In this document: positions 27,534 to 39,604 of the stretch, piece after piece
How positions within the stretch are numbered: the first letter of the stretch is position 1
How the letters are laid out: the number at the start of each line of letters is the position of its first letter
Assembly (NCBI GenBank): GCA_002269645.1
Contig: NIVC01002439.1
Span: forward strand, 62,001 to 126,000
Source: Macrostomum lignano
Lineage: Eukaryota
Direction: 5' to 3'
DNA length: 64,000 nucleotides
Notes under the pieces: model-generated
Database searches by the model: none
Seen by the model: the letters and a program-made list of their open reading frames with translations, nothing else
What the model was told of the DNA's origin: nothing
Translations under genes and position numbers: made by a program

Positions 27534-28084
27534 TAGGAATAAGTGTATTAGCAGAGCCAGTGTCTAAAATCATGCCATTGATTCAAACTGACACTGATTC
27601 AAATTTAGCAATGCCAACAAGAAAAAAAGAAGAATCCGAGAACAGCTTCTGCAGATGAGGCTGCTGCTCACTCCGCTGAATTCACCAGGGGGGAATATCG
27701 GACAAAAGATTTGAGTAGTCCCATAGCCCTTAGCCATTTCCTATCGCGTGCGGGTTGTTCAGCAAGCATTGTGAGTACCCGATACCAGAATTGCCATTGA
27801 AGCGGTCGCTTAACAGGGCGCGAAGGACTTGCCCGAGCCTCAGAGCCTATCGAGTCACGCACATAAACAATAATATATCCTTAGGCAATGCAACCTAAAG
27901 TCTGGGGATCGATAAAAATAAATCAGATACTGTCTGATCTTGAACCATGATTCCAATAATGTCAAAAACAAGCCGGCATAGTGAATGAGCCGTAGCGCTG
28001 CGATCTTTCTTGGAAAGTTCCTACAAGCCACAGGAAAATTTGTTATGTGGCCGGAACTTGTCGTACAATTCTCGTCCATGAGAG

Positions 28085-28165
28085 CCAGCCCCAAGGCAGA
28101 GGGAGAGTGTACGTGCCTGACGATTAGAAAGTCAGGGCGTGCCGGCGTACAGTATCCTCTGGCTG
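28085..28165 (+). mobile_element. Diverged SINE family A fragment (hairpin region)
   Basis: CCCCAAGGCAGAGGGAGAGTGTACGTGCCTGACGATTAGAAAGTCAGGGCG..CGTACA is homologous to the family A body. Confidence 0.6.
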
Positions 28166-28230
28166 CAGTATGACTCTGCAATCCAACTGACTAACCTAAC
28201 AATAAGAAGTCCATGGCAACTAACCCGCAG

Positions 28231-28604
28231 GCGTCCTGGGCCTCTGGATCGGGTTCAGCATTGTGACGCTGTTCGAATTCGCAGAGTTCTTCATCATCTG
28301 CGCCTCGTACTACTGGTACCTGTGCATCAGCAAGCTGCCCAGGACGCGCCGCAATCCGCTGCGCATACCCAAGGTACTTAATTACCGGCGTCAGGAGGGC
28401 CGCGACATCGAGCTCATGACCGACTCCGCCTCGCCCTCCCCAGTCCGGTCGCTGCCGGCGGGGCAGGCGGCGGGGACGGCGCCGGTGGCGGTGGTGGACG
28501 AGGACGAGGAGGCGTCAACAGGAGGAGGGACAGCTGAAAACCACCGCACGGCCAACTCAGAGTCCCAGCCGCTCAGGGCCGACAAAGGCGACAGCAGGAG
28601 GTGA
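28231..28604 (+). CDS. DEG/ENaC channel exon 3 (TM2 and C-tail)
   Basis: Branch/acceptor CTAACCCGCAG|, phase 1 consistent; GVLGLWIGFSIVTLFEFAEF with the GxS selectivity filter; stop at 28602-28604. Spliced product is about 715 aa. Confidence 0.92.
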
Positions 28605-28995
28605 CTTTCCATGCCCCCCCCCCCCCGATGAAACCTGCCTTCCTCATCTGCCAACCATTCACCCTATGCGCTAACGAGTCCCCCAGCCGCTCTGTTTTCC
28701 CTGAAAACAATCTGGCCAACCCATCGCCACAAAACCCAAAAACGTTTATTCATAACCAGCTCTTCCAGCGTTGGGCACAAAACTCTTCACAAAAATTAAT
28801 TTTAAACTTCTGCCGCAGTGGAAGCTAAAAATCATTCACAGCTATAGAGAACAGATGGAAGGAAAATTAAGTACGGCCACGACAGAAAGCAGAGAAACCG
28901 TTGTTTGCTAAGGCAACGCGTGGCTTGCAAACGATTTAGCTGGATACAGAACTGCTTTCGTGAACTAGCAGAGTTGTCCGCTTCTCGTACAGGAG

Positions 28996-29410
28996 GTGGT
29001 TGCTTCTACCCACACCCGCCTCAGCAGCTGGTTGCTTCTACCCACACCCGCCTCAGCAGCTGGTTGCTTCTACCCACACCCGCCTCAGCAGCTGGTTGCT
29101 TCTACCCACACCCGCCTCAGCAGCTGGTTGCTTCTACCCACACCCGCCTCAGCAGCTGGTTGCTTCTACCAACACCCGCCTCAGCAGCTGGTTGCTTCTA
29201 CCCACACCCGCCTCAGCAGCTGGTTGCTTCTACCCACACCCGCCTCAGCAGCTGGTTGCTTCTACCCACACCCGCCTCAGCAGCTGGTTGCTTCTACCCA
29301 CACCCGCCTCAGCAGCTGGTTGCTTCTACCCACACCCGCCTCAGCAGCTGGTTGCTTCTACCAACACCCGCCTCAGCAGCTGGTTGCTTCTACCCACACC
29401 CGCCTCGGGA
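28996..29410. repeat. 32-bp minisatellite
   Basis: Unit GGTTGCTTCTACCCACACCCGCCTCAGCAGCT, about 13 copies. Confidence 0.93.
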
Positions 29411-29934
29411 GCTGGCAGCCCGAAATGCATTGGCAAACAGGCCAGTTCAAAAGTGCATTTCTCGGCCTAGCGCGCAGTCTTTCCCAGCTGATTTCAAGCC
29501 CGACAGATTGAAGCACTCGTACATGACAGCACTGAACCTCACCTAGCTGCTTAGTAACTCAGTTTAATTTAAGACCTTGGCTAATCTTTACGTAGCAGCA
29601 ATATTTCACTGTCTTACTGCTTCCGCCCCGGCATTAAACTTTGCGGCCAATCTCCCTCTCTACTCGTAGCTACCGGGGCCCGCCTGCACAGTTTGACTGA
29701 CTGGCTCTCCTTCCACTCTGCGAACTTGTTTGTTCCGTCACAGTATATACGCTTTTATACTCGTAATTATGACAGCATTATAATATGTTAATTAGTTTGC
29801 TGTACACTGCATTGCCTGCCGTCAACGGTGACAAGAGTATTCCGCAATACACGATGCTATTGAGAAACTTGCAAGTGATCAGAAAATTTTATAGAACTTT
29901 TGCTATGCAGCTTAACAATTGTCTCATTTACAAA

Positions 29935-32188
29935 TGGGTGACAGTGATGTCAGTGGGTGACAGTGATTTCAGTGGGTGACAGTGATTTCAGTGGGTGACA
30001 GTGATTTCAGTGGGTGACAGTGATTTCAGTGGGTGACAGTGATTTCAGTGGGTGACAGTGATTTCAGTGGGTGACAGTGATTTCAGTGGGTGACAGTGAT
30101 TTCAGTGGGTGACAGTGACGTCAGTGGGTGACAGTGATTTCAGTGGGTGACAGTGATGTCAGTGGGTGACAGTGATGTCAGTGGGTGACAGTGATTTCAG
30201 TGGGTGACAGTGATGTCAGTGGGTGACAGTGATTTCAGTGGGTGACAGTGATTTCAGTGGGTGACAGTGATTTCAGTGGGTGACAGTGATTTCAGTGGGT
30301 GACAGTGACGTAAGTGGGTGACAGTGATTTCAGTGGGTGACAGTGATGTCAGTGGGTGACAAAGATGCCAGTGGGTGACAGTGATTTCAGTGGGTGACAG
30401 TGATGCCAGTGGGTGACAGTGATGCCAGTGGGTGACAGTGATGTCAGTGGGTGACAGTGATGCCAGTGGGTGACAGTGACGTCAGTGGGTGACAGTGACG
30501 TCAGTGGGTGACAGTGATGTCAGTGATGGACAGTGATGCCAGTGGGTGACACTGATGTCAGTGGGTGACAGTGATGCCAGTGGGTGACAGTGATGCCAGT
30601 GGGTGACAGTGACGTCAGTGGGTGACAGTGATGTCAGTGGGTGACAGTGACGTCAGTGGGTGACAGTGACGTCAGTGGGTGACAGTGATGTCAGTGGGTG
30701 ACAGTGATTTCAGTGGGTGACAGTGATGTCAGTGGGTGACAGTGATGCCAGTGGGTGACAGTGATTTCAGTGGGTGACAGTGATTTCAGTGGGTGACAGT
30801 GATGTCAGTGGGTGACAGTGATTTCAGTGGGTGACAGTGATTTCAGTGGGTGACAGTGACGTCAGTGGGTGACAGTGATTTCAGTGGGTGACAGTGATGT
30901 CAGTGGGTGACAGTGATGTCAGTGGGTGACAGTGATTTCAGTGGGTGACAGTGATGTCAGTGGGTGACAGTGATTTCAGTGGGTGACAGTGATTTCAGTG
31001 GGTGACAGTGATTTCAGTGGGTGACAGTGATTTCAGTGGGTGACAGTGACGTAAGTGGGTGACAGTGACGTAAGTGGGTGACAGTGATGTCAGTGGGTGA
31101 CAGTGATGCCAGTGGGTGACAGTGATGTCAGTGGGTGACAGTGATGCCAGTGGGTGACAGTGATGCCAGTGGGTGACATTGATGTCAGTGGGTGACAGTG
31201 ATGTCAGTGGGTGACAGTGATGCCAGTGGGTGACACTGATGTCAGTGGGTGACAGTGATGCCAGTGGGTGACAGTGATGCCAGTGGGTGACAGTGATGTC
31301 AGTGGGTGACAGTGATTTCAGTGGGTGACAGTGATGCCAGTGGGTGACAGTGATTTCAGTGGGTGACAGTGATGCCAGTGGGTGACAGTGATTTCAGTGG
31401 GTGACAGTGATGCCAGTGGGTGACAGTGATGCCAGTGGGTGACAGTGATGCCAGTGGGTGACAGTGATGTCAGTGGGTGACAGTGATGCCAGTGGGTGAC
31501 GGTGATTTCAGTGGGTGACAGTGATTTCAGTGGGTGACAGTGATGTCAGTGGGTGACAGTGACGTCAGTGGGTGACAGTGATGCCAGTGGGTGACAGTGA
31601 CGTCAGTGGGTGACAGTGATGTCAGTGGGTGACAGTGACGTCAGTGGGTGACAGTGACGTCAGTGGGTGACAGTGACGTAAGTGGGTGACAGTGATGTCA
31701 GTGGGTGACAGTGACGTCAGTGGGGTGACAGTGATTTCAGTGGGTGACAGTGATGCCAGTGGGTGACAGTGATTTCAGTGGGTGACAGTGATGCCAGTGG
31801 GTGACAGTGATTTCAGTGGGTGACAGTGATGCCAGTGGGTGACAGTGATGCCAGTGGGTGACAGTGATGCCAGTGGGTGACAGTGATGTCAGTGGGTGAC
31901 AGTGATGCCAGTGGGTGACGGTGATTTCAGTGGGTGACAGTGATTTCAGTGGGTGACAGTGATGTCAGTGGGTGACAGTGACGTCAGTGGGTGACAGTGA
32001 TGCCAGTGGGTGACAGTGACGTCAGTGGGTGACAGTGATGTCAGTGGGTGACAGTGACGTCAGTGGGTGACAGTGACGTCAGTGGGTGACAGTGACGTAA
32101 GTGGGTGACAGTGATGTCAGTGGGTGACAGTGACGTCAGTGGGGTGACAGTGATGCCAGTGGGTGACAGTGATGTCAGTGGGTGACAG
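29935..32188. repeat. 19-bp minisatellite with variant core, about 118 copies
   Basis: GGGTGACAGT-GA(TTT/TGT/TGC/CGT)-CAGT; a 419-bp higher-order duplication at the right end. Confidence 0.95.
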
Positions 32189-34029
32189 TCATTTTCTGTA
32201 TACGAGCTAAGCTCTCTATAATCTGGCATTACAAAATTTGCTGCATGTATGCAAATATAACTGTAAATTGGGGCATTCGGTGCACAGATGTCAATCATGC
32301 GCCACCCCAAGAAGATTTATTGATCTGGCGGCACAGGCAAGGGGGCCTGTTTTATACCGGGCACGCAGAGGCAAGACAGACTTTTTTCAATCTGGCCCGT
32401 TTCCGCGTCTGGCTACGGGCCAAAAGCTACCGCGATTAGCAATTAATAACTCTTAACTGGCTTATTGGCCACAGGCTGTAGTGGTCTCTACAAATGTATG
32501 CATATGCATATATATATATCATTTGTGGTATGCTAACGACAGTATATTGCTTCGTGACTTCGGTTTTGGATTCCTGACTTTGGTTTTGTTTGGCATTCTG
32601 ACTTCTGGTTTTGGATTCCTGACTTTGGATACGAATTCAGTTTTTGACAGATCAAATTTACAGATGTTTTCTGTCGGTATGCAGCGCAGGACTACCAGTA
32701 CCGATCATCGGTGAGTTAAGATGATTATCAGTATTGACTTTGCAGACTTGCACATTTAGAAATTGTTTCGTAGAATTGTGTATCTGCGTGGATCTCATTC
32801 AGACACGGCAAAGACTACTCTGAAGGGGGAGTGGTCCCTCTAGGAGCGGATAATTTAGAAATACTCTTGGCATTCCTTGTGATAACCTCTGCTGTTAGAG
32901 TTAGAGAAGCGGTCAAAGTAGCGATTCGCTTTCAATAGGTTTTGTTCAAGAGAGTCGGATTGGAAGCTGGATGCTCCATGCGAGTATTGATGAAGATTCC
33001 CGGCCAGCACTACCCCCCCCCCAATCTCTGCCGCTGAAATTCCGCAAGCACCGAGGGCAGCTCTTTTAGCCAAGGACTGTGGGAAAAATAACGGCCGGGG
33101 CTTAAGCCAGGGGGATTTTTTGCTAAAAATCTGGAGTGCTAGGACTCTTAACTTAGTCCTCTGTATCTTAAGATCTTTCACAAACTAGAACTTTAATAAA
33201 CTAAATCTCTCACAAACTAGAGCTTTCAAAAACTAGAACCTTCACAGACTAGAATTTTAACTTCATACAAAACTGTTTTAGCATCAGTTTTAACAAACTT
33301 TCGCTCATGTTTTTCACACAGGACAAGTTTAAAACCAAATATTATTTTATTTTTTGAACTACAGGAATGCAGAAGTTATTTTCGATTTTAATCCTCAACA
33401 GTTTTCAGTCTGTAACTCGAAATCACCAAGGTGTTTTCAGTCACACGTTTTCAAAGAGATGCTTTCGAAACCAGCCCGCGGGCAAGCGCTGTGGATGAGC
33501 TTGAGAGAATAGCAGGCACTCCAAATTCCAGCCCGTGATCACCTTGGCTCAGACAACAAAAAAATCAATCCAAAGGGCGGGCGCATGACGGTCACGCAGC
33601 TGTGGCCGCAGACAGCTTGCAAGGAATTCAAGAATTCAGGATTTCAACAACTGATCTATCTAGGCTTGGGATCTGAGATCGGGATTGGGACTGCGGAACT
33701 GGGAGGAGCAGAGAGGGGAAGTGGACAAGTGGCGTCAGAGTCAGGCTATGGGTATAGATGGACTAAACTATTTCAAACTGTAAATAACTGCCACAATAAC
33801 AGCTTTCCAGGCCGACTAAGCAGTAAATAACTTTGCATTGCGAATACTTGAAATAATTCTACAATCCTGTTATGTTGTAAATGAAAATTGTCTGCAATAA
33901 AAGTCTGCTCCCCCCACTACGAACTTGAACGTCCAGCGTTCGAAGTCAGCGTTCTTTCCAGCGTTATTTTACATTCACCTGATCGGTTAAAATTCTAATT
34001 CTGATCCAAAATTGTGTTAACAAGGGGCT

Positions 34030-35035
34030 TCATCAATCCCTACATCTGCGACTTTATCAATCCCTACATCTGTGACCTTATCAATCCCTACATCTGTGAC
34101 TTTATCAATCCCTACATCTGCGACTTTATCAATCCCTACATCTGTGACCTTATCAATCCCTACATCTGCGACTTTATCAATCCCTACATCTGTGACTTTA
34201 TCAATCCCTACATCTGTGACCTTATCAATCCCTACATCTGCGACTTTATCAATCCCTACATCTGCGACTTTATCAATCCCTACATCTGTGACTTTATCAA
34301 TCCCTACATCTGTGACTTTATCAATCCCTACATCTGCGACTTTATCAATCCCTACATCTGTGACTTTATCAATCCCTACATATGCGACTTTATCAATCCC
34401 TACATCTGTGACTTTATCAATCCCTACATCTGTGACTTTATCAATCCCTACATCTGTGACTTTATCAATCCCTACATCTGTGACTTTATCAATCCCTACA
34501 TCTGTGACTTCATCAATCCCTACATCTGTGACTTTATCAATCCCTACATCTGTGACTTTATCAATCCCTACATCTGTGACTTTATCAATCCCTACATCTG
34601 CGACTTTATCAATCCCTACATCGGTGACTTTATCAATCCCTACATCTGTGACCTTATCAATCCCTACATCTGCGACTTTATCAATCCCTACATCTGTGAC
34701 TTTATCAATCCCTACATCTGTGACTTTATCAATCCCTACATATGCGACTTTATCAATCCCTACATCTGTGACTTTATCAATCCCTACATCTGTGACCTTA
34801 TCAATCCCTACATCTGCGACTTTATCAATCCCTACATCTGTGACTTTATCAATCCCTACATCTGTGACTTTATCAATCCCTACATCTGCGACTTTATCAA
34901 TCCCTAAATCTGTGACCTTATCAATCCCTACATCTGCGACTTTATCAATCCCTACATCTGTGACTTTATCAATCCCTACATCTGTGACTTTATCAATCCC
35001 TACATCTGTGACTTTATCAATCCCTACATCTCTGA
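34030..35035. repeat. 24-bp minisatellite
   Basis: Unit TTTATCAATCCCTACATCTGTGAC, about 42 copies; produces the spurious (CDFINPYI)n and (TLSIPTSV)n ORFs. Confidence 0.95.
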
Positions 35036-35150
35036 CTCTATCATTAAAACTCTGTGTTGGCCTGTTTCTGCGCCTACAGAAGCAGCCAATTTCGTTTTGT
35101 TGCTTTTTGCATAGTTTCTCGAACTTTTTGAGTTTATAAACTTTTCCTGG

Positions 35151-35470
35151 ACAAATTGTTCCGAGTGGGTCGAGAATCGAGCCCCCGACCTTTCAGCTGT
35201 GAACCCGACACTCTAACCATTCGGTTACAACCCCTCTGCAATTTGTGTCCTTGAGCAAGACACTTAACTCTGCATTGATTCAGTTCACCCAGCTGTAAAA
35301 TGGGTGCCAGCATTAGCTGGGGTAATTGAGGGTGTGTGTGGCGACCCCCCAGTCCTTGGACTGAATAGCCGTACGCAGCCTTCAGATGCGCCGCGCAATA
35401 CGAGCTAGCTGCGGCTGAGCTGTCGGTTGCACACACCCCGCCTATTAGGGTAGGTGTAATAAAAAATTGA
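35151..35470 (+). mobile_element. CORE-type SINE with an inverted tRNA(Val-like) head
   Basis: 35244-35304 TGTGTCCTTGAGCAAGACACTTAAC..CAGTT..CTGTAAAATGGG resembles the MIR CORE domain. 35165-35234 on minus reads GGGGTTGTAACCGAATGGTT..TTCACAG..AAGGTC..GCTCGATT (tRNA-like). Confidence 0.7.
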
Positions 35471-35936
35471 CAAAGAATTCACTACTGGACAAAAATTAAA
35501 AATGTATAAGTGCTTACAAAAAAATTACAATAAATATAAATTGAACTGAAATCAGCCAATTGTCGCAAGCAGTCGTCAGTAGCCGTTTTCTCTCATAGAC
35601 TGTTGTAGGCCGGCGCACTCATTAAGAATTTTTACATTAATAGGAATTAAAAGAGATTTAAAGTCCGGGAGCTGATCAGAGGATCTAGAGTCCCAAAGAG
35701 AAACGTAAATTTAGAAGGCTGAGCCCAGTAAGCTAAACTAGAGGCTAAATTTGCTCTGTCGTGCGGCGCTTCATAACATAACAGATGCGTACGCAAATAT
35801 TTGTATTGGCACCCCCGTTTAACAGCAAAGAACTGAGAATAGCGAGATAAGGCCGGTCAAGGGTGTAACAGATTAGGAAAAAATGTTAACGCTCGGTGCC
35901 CTGACTCAGTTAAGTAAGCTCGTGTACGTTGCGGCT

Positions 35937-36712
35937 TTTGGATTCGGGGTCGGGACTTGGGTTCGGGAAGAAGCTCGGGATCGGGATTCGAGTTCGGGAC
36001 GGGGTTCGGAGTCGGGATTTGGATTCGGGGTCGGGACGGGGTTCGGAGTCGGGATTTGGATTCGGGGTCGGGACGGGGTTCGAAGTCGGGATTTGGATTC
36101 GGGGTCGGGACGGGGTTCGAAGTCGGGATTTGGATTCGGGGTCGGGACGGGGTTCGAAGTCGGGATTTGGATTCGGGGTCGGGACGGGGTTCGGAGTCGG
36201 GATTTGGGTTCGGGGTAGGGATTTGGATTCGGAGTCGCGATTTGGATTCGGGGTCAGGATTTGGGTTCGGGGTCGGGATTTGGGTTCGGGGTAGGGATTT
36301 GGGTTCGGGGTCGGGACTTGGGTTCGGGAAGAAGCTCGGGATCGGGATTCGAGTTCGGGACGGGGTTCGGAGTCGGGATTTGGATTCGGGGTCGGGACGG
36401 GGTTCGGAGTCGGGATTTGGATTCGGGGTCGGGACGGGGTTCGAAGTCGGGATTTGGATTCGGGGTCGGGACGGGGTTCGAAGTCGGGATTTGGGTTCGG
36501 GGTAGGGATTTGGATTCGGAGTCGCGATTTGGATTCGGGGTCAGGATTTGGGTTCGGGGTCGGGATTTGGGTTCGGGGTAGGGATTTGGGTTCGGAGTCG
36601 GGATTTGGATTCGGGTCGGGATTTGAGTTTGGGGTCGGGATTTGGGTTCGGGGTTGGGGTTCGGGGTCGGGAATTGAGTTTGGGGTCGGGATTTGGGTTC
36701 GGGACGGGTTTC
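35937..36712. repeat. Degenerate G-rich 6-mer-based repeat
   Basis: Mixed GGGTTC/GGATTC/GGGATT/GGGGTC units with a block duplication of about 360 bp. Confidence 0.88.
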
Positions 36713-36797
36713 AGGGTTCCCGAGAGATGCAAAATAGCCATCTCGTACACACGCGCTATGAAGCCAAAGGTGTTGCTACAGCAGAGCACAGACTTAC

Positions 36798-37115
36798 CGG
36801 CCGCAGAACAGCAGTATGGGATAGGTGGTGCAGATCTTGAACGCCAGCAGGCACATTCCAATCAGCACGTCCGGGGTGGCGTCGTAGTTCCGCAAGATGT
36901 CGCTCTGCACCGCGGCGCCGAAGGACCAGTAGCCGAACACGGCGGTGGCGCTGTAGGCCAGGAAGCAGATCAGCATGGCGAAGGAGACAGTGCGGGCGAA
37001 CTGCGGCAGGCAGCGCCGGCGCATGCAGGAGTAAACAGGCACTACCGACACGTGGCACTGGTAGCCGAAGCAGATGGTGGGCACCACGTTGAACACGTCG
37101 ACCAGGGAGTGCGGC
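36798..37115 (-). CDS. SLC38A7: SLC38A7-like exon 5
   Basis: VFNVVPTICFGYQCHVSVVPVYSCM...FGYWSFGAAVQSDILRNY...TTYPILLFCGR (SNAT7/8 PTICFG.QCH and YPIL.FCGR motifs); CCAAG| acceptor and |GTAAGT donor, phase 2/2. Confidence 0.92.
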
Positions 37116-37139
37116 CTTGGCGAAAGGTTTTTTGAGTGT

Positions 37140-37435
37140 TGGGACAGCTTCAACTCCTGCTGCATCTCCAGCTTCCCGAATCCAGCTGCATTACCATAAA
37201 GTCCTTCTGCTTCATCTACAGCTGCCTAGACCCGCAGCCATTTATGATCAAATCTATCGGCTTCATCTCCAGCTTCCCAGATTCAGTTGTCATTTATGAT
37301 CAAACCTATCTGCTGCATCTTCAGCTTCCCAGATCTGGCTGTTATTTATGATCAAATCTATCTGCTTCATCCCCAGCTTCCCAGATTCGACTGTCATTTA
37401 AGATCAAACCTATCTGCTTCATCTCCAGCTTTCCA
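37140..37435. repeat. Degenerate ~59-bp tandem repeat
   Basis: Recurrent CATCTCCAGCTTCCCAGAT..ATTTATGATCAAA.CTATCTGCT. Confidence 0.7.
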
Positions 37436-37745
37436 ATCTGCACTTCGTAGGGCATGTCCAAGTGGAGATAAAACAGACATTAAGACCACGCTCACGCCCT
37501 GAAACGGAGCATCACAGCATTGTACTCCGGCCCCACCCCATCTTCACTAATGCTAAATTAGAATGATGCTCTGAAAGACACTCGAGACTGACTTCCTAGC
37601 AGGCACTAAAGCATAGCTATTGAAGTGAAGCCAATGACTCGCATTATGAAATTGGAAACGTTAAAACCGTGAAATTTTATCTGAGCATGCTATTAGCTAT
37701 CCGAACCATCCAGTTTAATAGACTGGAGCTGTTATTGTCACTCAC

Positions 37746-37838
37746 CTGGTGCGCACAGATGTGGAGCTGCTGCCGCCGATGAAGTACTTCACAACTACCA
37801 TGACGCACATGTACAGCACGCCCAGGACACCAGCGGCG
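37746..37838 (-). CDS. SLC38A7: SLC38A7-like exon 4
   Basis: SAAGVLGVLYMCVMVVVKYFIGGSSSTSVRTR; GAACAG| acceptor and |GTGAG donor, phase 2/2. Confidence 0.85.
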
Positions 37839-37979
37839 CTGTTCAATGCAGAGCGATTGAAAAAATAATAATGCTCACGATATTAGATCATCTTTTTTAA
37901 TCTGCAGCTATTCATGAACTTTAGACGTACGTTAATGAAAAGCCGCGTCAGAAGTTATGAACTTAGGAGTATTTGGTTT

Positions 37980-38960
37980 GGGGTGGGTTGCAGTGCACTC
38001 AAGGAGCTGAAAGTGGGTTGCAGTGCACTCAAGGAGCTCAGGGTGGGTTGCAGTGCACTCAAGGAGCTGAAAGTGGGTTGCAGTGCACTCAAGGAGCTCA
38101 GGGTGGGTTGCAGTGCACTCAAGGAGCTCAGGGTGGGTTGCAGTGCACTCAAGGAGCTGAAAGTGGGTTGCAGTGCACTCAAGGAGCTCAGGGTGGGTTG
38201 CAGTGCACTCAAGGAGCTGAAAGTGGGTTGCAGTGCACTCAAGGAGCTCAGGGTGGGTTGCAGTGCACTCAAGGAGCTGAAAGTGGGTTGCAGTGCACTC
38301 AAGGAGCTCAGGATGGGGTTGCAGTGCCTTTCAAGGAGCTCAGGATGGGGTTGCAGTGCCTTTCAAGGAGCTCAGGATGGGGTTGCAGTGCCTTTCAAGG
38401 AGCTCAGGATGGGGTTGCAGTGCCTTTCAAGGAGCTCAGGATGGGGTTGCAGTGCACTCAAGGAGCTCAGGATGGAGTTGCAGTGCACTCAAGGAGCTCA
38501 GGATGGGGTTGCAGTGCACTTCAAGGAGCTCAGGATGGGGTTGCAGTGCACTTCAAGGAGCTCAGGATGGGGCTGCAGTGCACTTCAAGGAGCTCAGGAT
38601 GGGGTTGCAGTGCACTCAAGGAGCTCAGAGTGGGGTTGCAGTGCACTCTAGGAGCTCAGGATGGGGTTGCAGTGCACTTCAAGGAGCTCAGGATGGGGTT
38701 GCAGTGCACTTCAAGGAGCTCAGGATGGGGCTGCAGTGCACTTCAAGGAGCTCAGGATGGGGTTGCAGTGCACTCAAGGAGCTCAGAGTGGGGTTGCAGT
38801 GCACTCTAGGAGCTGAAAGTGGGTTGCAGTGCACTCAAGGAGCTCAGGATGGGGTTGCAGTGCACTCAAGGAGCTCAGGATGGGGTTGCAGTGCACTTCA
38901 AGGAGCTCAGGATGGGGTTGCAGTGCACTCAAGGAGCTCAGAATGGGGTTGCAGTGCACC
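37980..38960. repeat. 29-31-bp minisatellite
   Basis: Unit GGGTTGCAGTGCACTCAAGGAGCTCAGGATG with variants. Confidence 0.93.
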
Positions 38961-39604
38961 AAAGGATATACAAGCAAGTCTGATGTCGCAATGCAATAAG
39001 AAATGAGCAATACAGTAAGTATTGCATCTTGGTGTCACAAGTCAAACATCACTGCTGCTCAATCTTAAGGCCATTATTTATACAACAAAGGCCAGGGGCT
39101 GACAAATTCGATCCCAATAACCGAGCTGACCCCCTCCCCGAACTGTTTTTTGACTACATGTATACACAGCTTCCTCCCCCATCAGTGGTGCTCCCTCGCG
39201 GGACCCTAAAAGTTAGCGATTGAGTCCAAATTGAATTACAAGCTGTAAGCGGAGAGAAAGAGCCGCAGACAGGGAGAGATCGGTATGTATCTGTGCCCCC
39301 ATGCGATCCCTGCTATGAGTGGTGGGATGTAGAGAGAGGCTCAGGCGGAATTCGGCAGTAGCAGACAGACAACCCACTCACTACGGCCTTTCAGGGTGCA
39401 TCTAGAAAAACACAGTGTGTGACTTCCCCACTGGTCTGAACTCTTGCCGTGACAGGCGGCTCTGCATGGCTCGCCTGATTATTATATAACTGTGTCTGAG
39501 GTCCGACCAATGCCCATGCTAAGTAGCTTGGTACCTGCTAGTTAGCTAATAAAGTAAAATTGACTCACAAGTGAAATTATGAATGAGTGAGGCTGTCTTC
39601 TCTG

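Noticed and set aside
28112-28132. CTGACGA..GAAA hammerhead-like core in the SINE fragment
   Set aside because: No stem II or III and no UH cleavage triplet before the complementary strand; CTGAC instead pairs with GTCAG in a simple hairpin.
15533-32188. Regular 19-47-bp repeats resembling CRISPR arrays
   Set aside because: Head-to-tail units without unique spacers, no cas genes, and a eukaryotic context.
32855-33181. 108-aa minus ORF with an acceptor-like TTTTTCCCACAG in the SLC38A7 intron
   Set aside because: No homology recognised; in the phase required by exon 5 it stops after about 22 codons.
34014-35139. 297-aa (CDFINPYI)n and 355-aa (TLSIPTSV)n ORFs
   Set aside because: A 24-bp unit keeps two frames open at once; there is no unique domain or splice context, and it lies within an intron of SLC38A7.
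35165-35234. tRNA-Val-like sequence as a functional tRNA gene (also family A heads)
   Set aside because: Acceptor and T stems do not close; the sequence continues into SINE bodies.
35937-36712. Telomere-like G-rich repeat
   Set aside because: Units are GGGTTC/GGATTC mixtures rather than TTAGGG; interstitial and intronic.
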